From positions 2,728,001 through 2,792,000 of the forward strand of contig OZ176056.1 of assembly GCA_964247055.1 (NCBI GenBank): DNA of 64,000 bases. The letters run 5' to 3'. Below, one piece after another: positions 13,398 to 25,589 of this stretch. The position numbers and the translations under genes are program-made. The stretch's first letter is position 1; each line of letters opens with the position of its first letter. The notes under the pieces were generated by a model. That model was given only the letters and a program-made list of their open reading frames with translations, did no database searches and was not told where the DNA came from. The stretch comes from Paragordius varius (lineage: Eukaryota > Animalia > Nematomorpha).

Positions 13398-15008
13398 TAT
13401 ATATATATATATCCAAACAATGTTTTAGACTACCTTTATGGAGCGAGAAAGTCACCTCAAATGTTCTTTTTCAAGCACAAAATTCCAACATAATTATCGA
13501 ATGATAAATATAAAACGCTAGTTATTGGCGGATTCGCCTTGTGTCTATAATGTCGTCTGTGTTAAATTATTCTTCTGCGTACTTACGCTGACGCCTTTTT
13601 ATTTAAAGGGTAATGACTCATAACTTACCTGGTATATAAATTTAGAGTTCTTAAACATTTTATTTTTTTCCCAATTTTAGCGCTTTTTATGAGGTTAATA
13701 ATAATTTAATAATTTCTTTTAAAGCTTTAAACACTTTGAAAACAATATTTAATCATTTTAATTAGTTAAGTAATGAATACATTTTCCAAAATCTTATAGA
13801 TTTCTTTCTTTTCCATTGGGGGATTAAAAAGGTATAAACCACCAGTTTGCTTTTATAAAAAATTATATCAAAAAATTAATTATCTTAATAATGTAATAAT
13901 ATATAATTTAATTTAATGTAATTAAATAGTTTTTATAATAATAATAAGTATAATTAAAAAAATATATATTAATATTTAGCACAAAGTATAGCACGAATAA
14001 TAAAATATAAATATATATAATTATTTAATCTTAAGCCAAAAAAATAAAAAAAAGTAATTAAAATAAAATGGCTTGCTTTTCCTCTAAGTGACTTTCCACA
14101 TTTAAAAGTAATTACTAGATTATTATACTTCAATTATTATTAGATAATTTTTCTAATTAATTTTCAGATATTAATATTGAAGAAATGCTTTATTAATTTC
14201 ATTTTTTGTTGCCTTTTTTGAATATCATAAAACTTAAATTAAATAATATAAAGGTTTGTTGACTATTTAAATTGTCAGGTTTTAAAATAATTTGGTAACA
14301 CAACGGAAACATTACTTAAAAAACTATATAAGTACATCTTTAGGGTAATAGGGATATTAAAAGTGATTTATAAAAATTGTCATTTATCAACTTCAAGAAT
14401 ATACCTAAACATATAATTATATGTATCTTCATTTCATTTAATTATCGATAAGTGATTTTATACCTGAAAAATATTAAAAAAAATTTATTTTTTATATTAT
14501 AATAACCTTAATTATTTCCTTTTTTTCTAGTATTAATCCAATTAATTTTAAAAGTAAATTTATTATAAAATTAAAAAGGAAGTCATCAAAAAAATTTATA
14601 ATGAATGAATTTTCGGGAAAGACATAAATTATTATATATGGTTTAATTAGCAAACGTGTTAATGATATTTGATCTTTTAATAAATAATATTATATCAATT
14701 CTAATGTAATGTAATATAATTTAATTATTTTAATATGGATATACATATAAGGGGTGACAAATCACATCCAATTAAATGTCATTTATATGAAATGTTTTAA
14801 ATATCCAATTATTTTTTTATTTTTACCTTTATAACTTCAATATAAATTTCTTTTTTTGATGTGTTACAACTAAAAAGATATTTAAAAAAATCCACTTTTA
14901 TCCTATATTTTATAATTTTTAATATGAAAAAGATATTTATATCCTAAACATTTCGAGCTTCAGGAAAGTAGGACCGTAAAAATAACGATTGAATAGTAAT
15001 GTCTTATT

Positions 15009-17012
15009 ATGATTTATACTGGAATTGATGCCAAAAATTTCACAATAGATTCCATAATTCACCGTGATTCTCAGATAAGGAACATTTTAAATTTGGGCAA
15101 AAAAGGGTATAATAAAAAAAGATGCGATAATTTTCCACAATTCCCATTTATTAAACCGGATAAATCCAAAATTTTCAAAAAATCTAAAAGTTGTAATGAT
15201 ATATACCCTAAAAACAATTCAAAAGCCCAGCTAGAACTCCATCAAGCAACTGGATTATTAAAATATCCAAGTTGCATTCAATTAGAAACATACAACCAAA
15301 TTAATTGTTACATAACCCATGAAAATATTGAAAAAATATCACAAAACAATTTGATAACAGATTGTTTCCCAATAAACAATAAATTTGATTCAAAAACTAT
15401 AGAAGGTGAAAGATTTAAAAATTTGAAAGCTGAATTTCAAAAACTTTCATCAATGCTCTTTAATAACAAGCCACAAAAATACGATTATTTTAACCAGCAA
15501 AATAATAATAATAAATATTTTCACCATTTTTATAACCCTATGAATATGAATTTTACAAATTTTGAAGAATTTCTTACTCGATATGCAAAGGATAAAATTT
15601 GTCATGAGAGTACGTTGAAAAACTATTTAAATAATCATAATATCTCCTCTGCTGACTATGATAAAACTAATTTATTACCTTCTGTGGACGCAATTCCCAA
15701 CAAAAGTTTACTGAATAAGCGTAAACTAATTTTGGGGGAGGACAACGACTTATCGGATGATTTCCAAACAAATAAATTTAATACTTTTGACAAAAGCGAG
15801 AAAACTTTAACCTACTATGCTGACAAAAATCTAGCTAATTGTAATAAAAATAGTCCCCCTCATTTGCAACATATGAAGAAAAAGAAAAGTCGCACCGTAT
15901 TTTCCCGTAATCAAGTGTTTATGCTAGAAAGTATGTTTGAGGGTAAACGCTACTTATCAGGAGCCGAACGCAGTTTTATGGCAAAGAGTTTGGACCTGTC
16001 AGAAACTCAAATCAAAATTTGGTTCCAGAACCGTAGAAATAAAATGAAACGATTTCACCTAACAGCGATGACAACTAGCAGCAATGAGTCTGATAGGGAA
16101 AATCCAAGCCTTTCGATAGAAAAAAGCGGCTTTTCTCCATTGGATAATTTATTAAAGACAGAATCTTCGCCGGAGTTTAATGAAACCAATGCAAACTTGA
16201 ACCAGGAAAACACTGCAATCGACTTTTCTAATCCAAGAGATAACGAAAAAAGATTTGATCATTTACCAACTGATAATGATTTTCATAAAGTACGAACATA
16301 TTTGCAAATAGATAGTGGCCATAAATTATATTCCAATTTGAAACCCAACACAAACTGGGACGAATACACAAAGATGGTTCCTAACAATTCAAAGTTAAAC
16401 AACATTTGCTCAGACGAAAAAGAATTCAAAACGAGTAACATGAATAAATATCCCTCATTCGCAAAAGAAATATCATATGGCAATACCAATCATGGACTTA
16501 ACAATGATATAGACCAAATGTCCCAAATATCAAAATCCAGAGAGCGTTCCAACTCCAATACAAATGAAGGTAAATTTCAGTCATATCACCTTTCAATGAA
16601 AAAGCCCAACAATCTTGATTTTTCACATTTATTCCTGCCCAATTTTTCTTTTGATAAAACCGATGCCTCAGATTCGGAAATAGCAAAAAACTTAATTAAG
16701 CAATCTGCTGATATTCCATTCTATGGTTTACCGTATTGGCCCTGGTTACCTTACTATTATCAACACAATAAAAACTCTCAAAATTTTTTACCTAAATATG
16801 TGCTCGAATCGCCAAAAGAAATATCCGATTATGAAGTATCAAATAAAAATGACGATGGAAATATTGGCAATGATCAGAAAATGAATAATACCTACCAAAT
16901 CAATACAAGCCAAAAACCAAATATTTTTAGCGACAAATCTCCCAAACTCATGGATAATTACATGAATCTTTTGTCACAAATGCATTCCATGCTTTTTCCA
17001 AATCCAAACTAA
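15009..17012 (+). CDS. Hmx: Hmx/NK5-family homeobox transcription factor (single exon, 667 aa)
   Basis: The homeodomain [55 protein letters not shown] (about 15879-16058) matches the Hmx signature RTVFSR.QVF.LES.F..KRYLS..ER. An N-terminal eh1-like motif FTIDSII is present. An in-frame TAG at 14994 supports this ATG as the start. Confidence 0.92.
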   Translation: MIYTGIDAKNFTIDSIIHRDSQIRNILNLGKKGYNKKRCDNFPQFPFIKPDKSKIFKKSKSCNDIYPKNNSKAQLELHQATGLLKYPSCIQLETYNQINCYITHENIEKISQNNLITDCFPINNKFDSKTIEGERFKNLKAEFQKLSSMLFNNKPQKYDYFNQQNNNNKYFHHFYNPMNMNFTNFEEFLTRYAKDKICHESTLKNYLNNHNISSADYDKTNLLPSVDAIPNKSLLNKRKLILGEDNDLSDDFQTNKFNTFDKSEKTLTYYADKNLANCNKNSPPHLQHMKKKKSRTVFSRNQVFMLESMFEGKRYLSGAERSFMAKSLDLSETQIKIWFQNRRNKMKRFHLTAMTTSSNESDRENPSLSIEKSGFSPLDNLLKTESSPEFNETNANLNQENTAIDFSNPRDNEKRFDHLPTDNDFHKVRTYLQIDSGHKLYSNLKPNTNWDEYTKMVPNNSKLNNICSDEKEFKTSNMNKYPSFAKEISYGNTNHGLNNDIDQMSQISKSRERSNSNTNEGKFQSYHLSMKKPNNLDFSHLFLPNFSFDKTDASDSEIAKNLIKQSADIPFYGLPYWPWLPYYYQHNKNSQNFLPKYVLESPKEISDYEVSNKNDDGNIGNDQKMNNTYQINTSQKPNIFSDKSPKLMDNYMNLLSQMHSMLFPNPN

Positions 17013-19739
17013 ATAATTTAAATATTAATTGTATATCGTCCACAGACATAATAGATGAAAAAATATAGACTTACTTACTTAAATTTTTTATAATGTTTTT
17101 AATAAAAGTTAGATCAAGCAAAACAATATTTATACCAATTGAAATAATTACTATTTTTATATGGACAAAATACTTTAATGGGCCCTTTCTAGCAATTCTT
17201 TGTATACCGCTTTGTATTATTTATATTGTAATAATTTTACTTTTAATATTTCTTTTGATTTCATAATAAAATATAGGGTATTGTAATTTATCAAGTAGTT
17301 AAGTTATATATAATAAATTGTATTGTAATACAACAATATAATATACACATTAATTCACGGTTCTCAGCATAACATATTTTGAACCTTATAATATAATTTT
17401 CCATGGGCTTATTTGGTACTGAAACCACCTTTTGTTCTGGTATTTAATCAATTTTATATATCTGGTTCCAAGTTTTAACCAAATTTTTTAGAAAAAAACG
17501 GCTTAATTGATCGAATAATTCCGGTTCCTTTTCTTTTCAATCATTTTAATTTTGGTTCTACTTTTGTAAATTCAAAAATATTTTATTATCACAAAAGACA
17601 AAATGTAACAGAAATATAAGCATTTTGTTAGACCCTTTTTTTCTAAAAAAAAATTAAAAAAAAATAAGGTAAGTTTTACCTTGTATCAAAAATTTAAAAA
17701 ATAATAATTAAATTAAAAAATATTTCTTGAGACCGCGGTTACATCTCTAAAAGCTATCGTAGAATTTATTATAGAAATTGTTTGGTTCCAAAACAGTTTT
17801 AAAAACGTTCCAGTTCATTCTTTGGTTATTAATCATGTTTTCTATACCCTAAATATTTTTATTGATGACAATTATTGTTTTAACTTAAAATATAGCGCTT
17901 AATATCATCGCACAACCAGTCCTTCGATATGTTTTACAGTGCAATTTATGTAAAAGCCCGCTCTTTTAAAGTGAGATTTTTAAAATAATTAGGGCTCTTA
18001 AAAATAGACAAATTTAGCAGTTTTTGAGATGTTAGTTTAAAAGTTTATACTGCATTTTATTTACGTTATATGTAATAATATTAAGTCCTAATATAGCCAA
18101 TGATTAAATTATATATGTATTGAAGTTAACCAAATTTTTAGTTTTTGGAAGTTACAAAATTGAAAAATGAAAATTTTTTAAGTATTAATAATATCAGCTT
18201 TCTGCGATTGTAAATTCCTTGCAAATAAAAATCGGAAATTTTTTCCATTACTTACTAAATTTATTGGCTAGGCCCCTTAAACAATGTTTGGGGGTAAAAA
18301 CTATCTCGATAATATATATTTCTGATAGATAAATATAGGATGTGCTTTTGGTTTTGGGCATCAGTTTTTTTCAGAGGGTTAAACTATTTTTGTGGCATAT
18401 GTTCCATATCAAATAAAATTAGCGCATATGTGCAAACTAAATGCTCTTTTTCAAAAAACATAATTAAATTATATAATTTAATAAACTTTATATACAGTAG
18501 GCATAATGGTTGCTTATTTCATACCATAGTTGGGCAATTTGCACAGTAGTTTTGGAAAAAAACAAAAAATTGAATAAAATAAACATAGTAATGTAAGAAG
18601 GGAAAAAATTGTTAGTTTAACATTTTGTTGTTTTTTCACACTACTGTGTTACGAATAGCCCAATTATAAGAAACCATTAAAATGCGTACATAAACATCAA
18701 GTATTTACAATAAATTTATTTAAATATGGGGTCAAAATTAAAAGTTTTAAACCCCTTTAGGACGTGGTTTTAGAGGATAAGCTAAAAGTGCACGATAGCA
18801 ATTTTTAAAATATGCTAGATTATTACGTCAAACGCATATTTGAAAATTACTTTGGCTAAAAATATTATTTTTAGTATATTTTTGTAGAAAACTATTTTAT
18901 AATAATATTTTAAAGCATGGAAACGGTGTTTAAACATTTCCATTAATCAAATTTTTTCTTCGATGATATCGAACATTACTATTACCTAAGATATTTCATA
19001 ATAACATCTGTTTGTCTTCAAATTTTAGTTAATTAGTAATTGTTTTTTCCATATATTTCTTAAAAAAAAACAAACAGAAAAGGCGAATTTTAGCATCAGC
19101 GAACTACATAGAAATTGTTTTTTTATAATAAAAAGTTTTGATATAGTTTCCATCTAAGATAAAATACCTTTTAACGAAAATTTGCCATCAAATTTTTAAA
19201 GAAGGCATTTTTTTAAAATAACTTTTTTGATACATAAAATTCGTTTGCTAGACAATTACATTATTTGAGACTAGCCTATTTTAGAAAAGCAGATGATGCT
19301 TTCATCACTCCGAACTATATTCACATTAATAATGTTCTGCTTTTTAATATAGCTTAAATTAATGGATATTTTTTGGATTAAGCTTTTGGGTTTTAAAATT
19401 ATTAACACAATATGACTTCCCAAAACTAAAAACTTTATAAGAATTTATATCCAATTAGTTATTATATATTTATCCGGATTATTTGTGTGTCCACTGTAAA
19501 ACAGGTCATCATGGGGTGATTTCATTATTTAATTCGGTTATAGCTTTTAAAACGTTTATTTCATTAGTTGAAAGTAAGTTGTATTTTATAAGGTTTCCTT
19601 AGTTCCAAAAATGTTACACTAATTAATCTATGTCGAAAAACACGGTTCTAATAATTTTGTTGCCATGTGTGAGTTTGTGTACCAGGTCTAGTCATAAATT
19701 ATTACCGGTTTAACTAGAAGATGTCAGCGAAAGATACGC

Positions 19740-20720
19740 AGACGATTAATTTGAAATAGACCCATTTTGTTTATCTGAAATTATACTACAAATACACACG
19801 ATTTGAGGCGCCATAGTGTCTTATTTTTATCATTCAGTAATCATGTCGAATTTTAGAAAACAAATAATGAGGCATTTTTCTATTTCAAAAGAAAAAGGCT
19901 GTTTAAAGTCACCATTCTAATAGAAGAAAATGCTAAACATGCTTCCACGGTGAAGCATGGTTTAGAATTTAAAGTTGTGATGTGAAAGCGCTCTGGTAGA
20001 CTACAACTGCGAATACAAAAAAGTGCAAGAGTTATTGGATAATGTCACAAATTAAATTCAATGCGATTCAATCATGTCAAGTAGTGTTAAAAACAATCAG
20101 TATATCTTTACGAGCAAGAAAGATCAAAGTCGATAAATGTGTTCTCCCAATTTCCATTAAGGTCAAATATACTTTTGAAATTGCCCAGCGTCCCAAAAAT
20201 TCATTTTCACATCGAATTGTAAAAAGTTGCTTTATTTTGTGAATTCAAATGAAAAATTAGGAATTTTACCTCTTTATGTCGGTTTATCCATACCAATCAC
20301 CTCGGGAAGACCATGCTCTGAAGCGGTATTTGTATTATGAAGTTTTAAAGCCCGGTAATTGTTAATACACAACGCTATCACCAAAAAATGACATTAAACC
20401 ATTTATTAAACGAAAAACGACTGAAGAGGCTCAGAAGATATCACAAAGTGAATTGGTAATGACATTGCTCCATCCTATACAGCAAACGCAATGATGACAT
20501 TTGGATGGGTAATTCTATCGCATCTGAACACTCCAGATCTAGCGCCATTGACTGATTCATCTTTCGATGTCCCCACACTCGCAGAGCAGCACTTCAATTT
20601 TGAACACATGGAAAAATGGAATGAATGATTTGTAACACAATCATTTATCTGATATGGCCATATACCACTGGAGAGATGGGCACAATGTCTAAGAAGCCGA
20701 TGGGCAAAAAATAAAATAAA
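19740..20720 (+). mobile_element. Degraded Mos1-like mariner
   Basis: Starts ATGTCGAATTTT at 19843, followed by an RSGR-like HTH remnant (about 19990), TPDLAP (corresponding to SPDLAP, about 20530) and an ERWAQC C-terminal motif (about 20670). Many indels. Confidence 0.7.
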
Positions 20721-22216
20721 TAATTAATTTTCTTTTTCCATATTTTAACAAAATAAAGCACACCTAGATATAATGTTTATTTAAATTTTAGTTATTTGTT
20801 TGGAGGCTTACGATTACCCATTATATATGCTTGAATGGTGTAAATACAAAGAGAATTTCTGCCCTTTGATTGGGATAGCTTTGATTAAACCAATGTTTTA
20901 ATTATATATACCATGATTGAATTGATCGAAAATAAAAAATATGAAAGTTAGAAAACTTATATTCTAAGGGTTATAAAAACTATATATTTTTTAATGTTAT
21001 TATAGAATATGTATAAATTATAACGGTAATTACCAAAGTTAAGTTTACACATATGTTTCGATACGGACCAAAGAGTTCCTGTTTTGAAAAAGTTTTTTAT
21101 TGGATCCAACATTGTTTTTCAGTGAAATAGCTTTTATTTCATTTTGTTTTTAATTTACATCAAAAATTAGGCTAATAATCGAATATAAACAAGTAACCAA
21201 ATATTATCATTTCTAGGAAATAAGATTTTGCTATTTCAGATATAATAAATGTAAATATAAGGAAAGTGAACATTGTTAATAAAAGTCTATAAAAACTTTT
21301 AAAAACATAAAATCATGTTTTACAAAATGTACAAAGTCGCGTTGCGGCCTTAATTTGGTTTCATACAAACGGTTTCGGTTGATCGGAAATAAATACCTAT
21401 TCAAACATTTTTGCCATCTTCACTCTAAATACACTCTTTCCAAAAAACTTTATTGCGAACATATTGAATTATAGATTATACTGATCATTGTACATTTAAA
21501 TAAAATTGTGATAAATTAATTTTCTAGAGACATAATATAGAGTTTATTAGAAATATATTCTTTTATGTTATAGTCCATTTTCCTAGCCTAAATCCGGTTA
21601 ATTTGTTGAGAAGATATAAAATATTGAAATTTCAACAATGATTGTAAAATACCATATTGCATTTAATACATGAATAAAAAAATAATTGTCACCAAATGTC
21701 GGTAAAACATGGTTTTGTCTTACTTCTTTAGAATCTTTTACAAAATGATAATTAAAAAAATTGCAATAATACTCCATAAGTTCCGGTACAATTTGGAAAT
21801 CTCAAACCACTTTCTTGTAAAATATATATGTTGAAAATAAAGTGATTAAATATTTATATGTATATTATTTAAAATATGTTAACCAGATGTGAGAAAAGTG
21901 TTTTTTTACAATTATAATTACACAGAATATAATCATTACATAATATACAAACTTATAATTATTTTTTAAAATTACAAATTAATTGATTTATTCCGATTCC
22001 TTTACTGATTTATTGAATATTGTAAACGATTTAATAAAAATGACTGACATTCATAAGGAGATAGATAACTATAACTAATTTTTATATACATTTGTAAAAT
22101 ATTTTTCATAAAAACATTGATAGACATTTCTCTTTTACTTTATTTTTAATAAATCAATTGTTTTAAATAAATGGTTTGTAAAAATTTAAATTCCAAAAAA
22201 AATATTTTAACAACAA

Positions 22217-25200
22217 ATGTTAGAAAATAATACAACAAATTTTACCCAAAACAATCCTAAAAGAAAATTTTATTCAGATGGGGATGATGACACCTTCTTA
22301 GTATCTTACAAACATGGCAAGGTTGATGACAATTTTTTTCATCAACTAAAAAAATGTCAAAATTATGACAATATAGGATATGATCGTGATATATATTATG
22401 ATAATTTTTATCAAGCAAACAATGCTAATATGTTTGACAAAACTAACATTACACAATATAAAAACTATGAAAGTGCTTATTATTCGCTAGATTCTATTCA
22501 AAATAATTTTGTACCACAGTTTGTAACAAACCAAGAATCACCTAAGAGAATTGCTACTTCAAAAAACCAACAATTAGTTAATCTCAATTTCCAACTCTCT
22601 TTCAGTTTAAATACGGCCTCCGAGTTTGATGCTGAAATTAAAAATCAACCCCCACCGTTCCAAAATCAACATAAAGGTTTAATTTATTTATAAATATGAT
22701 AAATTATGATTTGAAATTTAACATTTGCTACCAATCTTTTTGTAAAAACCATACTCAATATTAAATATATTTTGGTGGTTTTTGTGGACATTTTTTTGTT
22801 TTTATTTTTCTGTTGATTTCCACGTCCACATGAAGGACCAATGATATATTATCAATTTTAACAGATATAACTGTAATGCCCCTCGACTCTGTTTTAATAA
22901 TCAGCATTTCCAAACTGATTAGCCAACGCTTTCTGGAATTTTTCCCATTTCTAAACAATGTTCTAGCTTAAAAGTTAAATAGTTAAAGTATGATATGCTT
23001 TCTCACAAATAGGGAGGGGGTTATTTGAGTAAGAGGGGGACTAAAAAAACTACTTTCTCTGTTATTTAATATTAAATATTGTTTGTATTAAATTTGATCT
23101 ATAGCGGCGTCTGTTTTAGTTTTTGGATAATATCTATTAAATAAGAGGTTAACCCTTTGCATAATCGGGTTAACTCGAAATTTACCAGTTTAATCGTGTA
23201 AAATAACTGGTTTTTATATTTTTAACCGATATGATTAAATGGTTCTAGCCATCGCTTTTATTGTGAAAGTTAACCTTCCGTTTCAGGGTAAAAAACTAGA
23301 TTTTACAATATCGAATTTATCAAGTATAATTTACAGGATAGATAAATTAATTTTATCAGGATTATTAATGACATAGGACGGTTTTATCACTAACGTTTAT
23401 TATTTCTTATTAATTTTAACAAATCTATATTATTTATTATAAAGAACCTCATTCTGAACAAATGCAAATAGTGCCATCCGTTTCATATATAAATTCAAAA
23501 AATCCAGGGATCGCTACAACTAAATTTGATGATAACAATAAAACAATGAGTAATTACAATAATACCGTAATAACTAATATTAATAATGGTAATAAACGTA
23601 ATCGCACCATTTTCAATATGAATCAAGTTGAAGAATTGGAAAAAATCTTTGAACAAACTCATTACCCAGATACTATGATGAGAGAAAAAATTGTTAAGGA
23701 AACGGGTTTAGATGAAGCAAGGATACAGGTTTTTTTCTCATAATTCAAAATTTATTGCCTTGGTGAATATTAAGCACAGAGATATCTCAATTTTTGAAGT
23801 TTTTGAAATCATAATTCTTATGTTTTTATTTTTGATTTCGGATTTTTACAAATTACATTGTTAATTGAAATTATTCAGGCATAAGTATAAACCAAAAGAC
23901 AATTTTTTTGAAAGACAAGGTTTTTAAATATGAGGAAATGGATAATTGCATTTAAGCTAATACAATATAACATTATGGTTAACATTTTTTAAATCGGTTG
24001 ATTTGAGTTGTAAAAATTTTTTATCTTAATAAAAAATATTTATTAAGTTATCAATTTTTGGAGTACATCTAACTTCAAATTTAAAATAAATTTTGGCAAA
24101 AAGAATTAACCGAATTAGGCCAAAGTATAAAAAAAGCTAAATTAATTTATGAAGTCATTGCTTATAACAGCAAATTTATGTTACAATATTTATTTATATA
24201 TTTTCGAAGTTTAAAAAACAATAAAATTTGGGATCGGTTTATATTAATTAAGACAAGCGCATAATTATTAATTTTTAATATTGTATCTTTTTATAATCTC
24301 ATATCGACGTAATCCGTTTAAATCGTTCGTGTTTTATAACAAAAACCGCGGTTGCTCAAAGAAAACAAATATCGGAAAACATAAACAATCTTTATAAAAT
24401 ATCTGTGGATATTCCGATGGAAAGTCCAGATATTTATTAAATTATATTTTTAGGTTATAAGTTATTTTAATATATAATATTTTCCATATTTAGTCAAGAT
24501 CAAAAATCGGAAATTTTGAAGACCGATAGAGCATTATAAGAAAAGACTGATGTTTTGTAATAAAATATATCTATGAATTGTTTGTATAAAATTTTTTTGT
24601 CGGTTCCCAAAAAAATTATTGGGTTAAATTCCGTTTAATTCATAAACTAACGCTAAAATTAGGGGTTAAATATTATAAGTTAGTTTATTATGGTTAGATA
24701 TTGAAGAAAATGATTATATAAAAACTTTTTCAATATTTGATGCTGTTGAAAGTAACCATTTCCTAGTATTTTTAGAATTAAGGTAGCTTTTGAATGTAGA
24801 TATAGCTTAGTTTAAAATTATACCATTTACACTTCAAATTCACCCTTACACGATTTAATACCGTTGAACAACTGAAATTTACCCAAAAATAAATTATTTA
24901 CTTTTTAATATTAAATACTACCTATATTTTATATTTTTAAGAAATTGAAATTTTGTTTGTAATTAAAACTGAAATAATAATAAACTAAGCCATAAAGATA
25001 TATTTCTTATTGATAATGAGTAATATTAGCCCGAAAACACATAATTTATTTTCAGAGTCAATTTGAATTGTTCGATGTTGAATTATTCGAGGGTGACTTT
25101 GAATTGTTCAAGGGTGAATTTGAATTGTAAATGGTATATTTGATGGTAAATACTTACCTAATAAAAACATTTTGCTAATGAAATTAAGAATCTATTTTAA

Positions 25201-25276
25201 ATTAATATATTTTTAGGTGTGGTTCCAAAACCGGAGAGCAAAATTCCGAAAACATGGGAAACTTCCTTCTACCTAA
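22217..25276 (+). CDS. PRD-class (paired-like, Q50) homeobox protein, Shox/Prrx-like, about 267 aa
   Basis: join(22217-22676, 23445-23728, 25217-25276), with all junctions GT-AG and in frame (804 nt). Homeodomain NKRNRTIFNMNQVEELEKIFEQTHYPDTMMREKIVKETGLDEARIQ|VWFQNRRAKFRKHG has the typical PRD-class intron between codons 46 and 47. Confidence 0.88.
24820..25138. repeat. Imperfect inverted repeat with about 21-bp internal subrepeats (MITE-like) in PRD intron 2
   Basis: ATACCATTTACACTTCAAATTCACCCTT...AATAAATTAT (24820-24900) pairs with ATAATTTATT...AAGGGTGAATTTGAATTGTAAATGGTAT (25043-25138). The right arm carries repeated TTTGAATTGTTC units. Confidence 0.65.
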
Positions 25277-25589
25277 AAAACACCATTATACATTTGTAAA
25301 ACCCCTTGTCCATTAATAATTACTTATCATACAATGCAACATTTTTATATGTTTTAGTAATTTTAATTTGTTAAAAGTTTAGATATCAATAGTGCAATCA
25401 TATATATAAAATATAATCTTATGTATTCATAATTAAATTTTATTTATTCTAGCAAAACACATACGTGCATAAATGTGTGAGATTAACAAATTATGTTTTC
25501 AAATATATACAATTAATCCAATTTAAAGTAAAAAAAGTTGACTATTAGTTCGTTAAAAGTAAATTAAATAAAATAAAAAAGGGCGCATT

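Larger units (their letters stand above)
10882..13570 (-). mobile_element. Degraded Mos1-like mariner, split by two younger insertions
   Basis: Minus-strand remnants occur in the correct order: an N-terminal FVP.KEHLR-like segment (about 13440-13500), then YYKLLKP..TVN-like and DDN segments (11590-11800), then HPLNSPD, corresponding to HPPYSPDL (11100-11170). The element is interrupted at 11172-11533 and 12154-13397. Outer boundaries are approximate. Confidence 0.7.

Noticed and set aside
14090-14105. TAAGTG NK/Hmx-type site upstream of Hmx (possible autoregulation)
   Set aside because: A single 6-mer in AT-rich DNA is expected by chance, and I have no conservation evidence.
16283-16686. Short minus-strand ORFs inside Hmx (similarly 28295-28483, 46232-46507, 48944-49156, 49774-50001, 54646-55047)
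   Set aside because: These are antisense shadows of real coding or TE sequence, with no recognisable domains.
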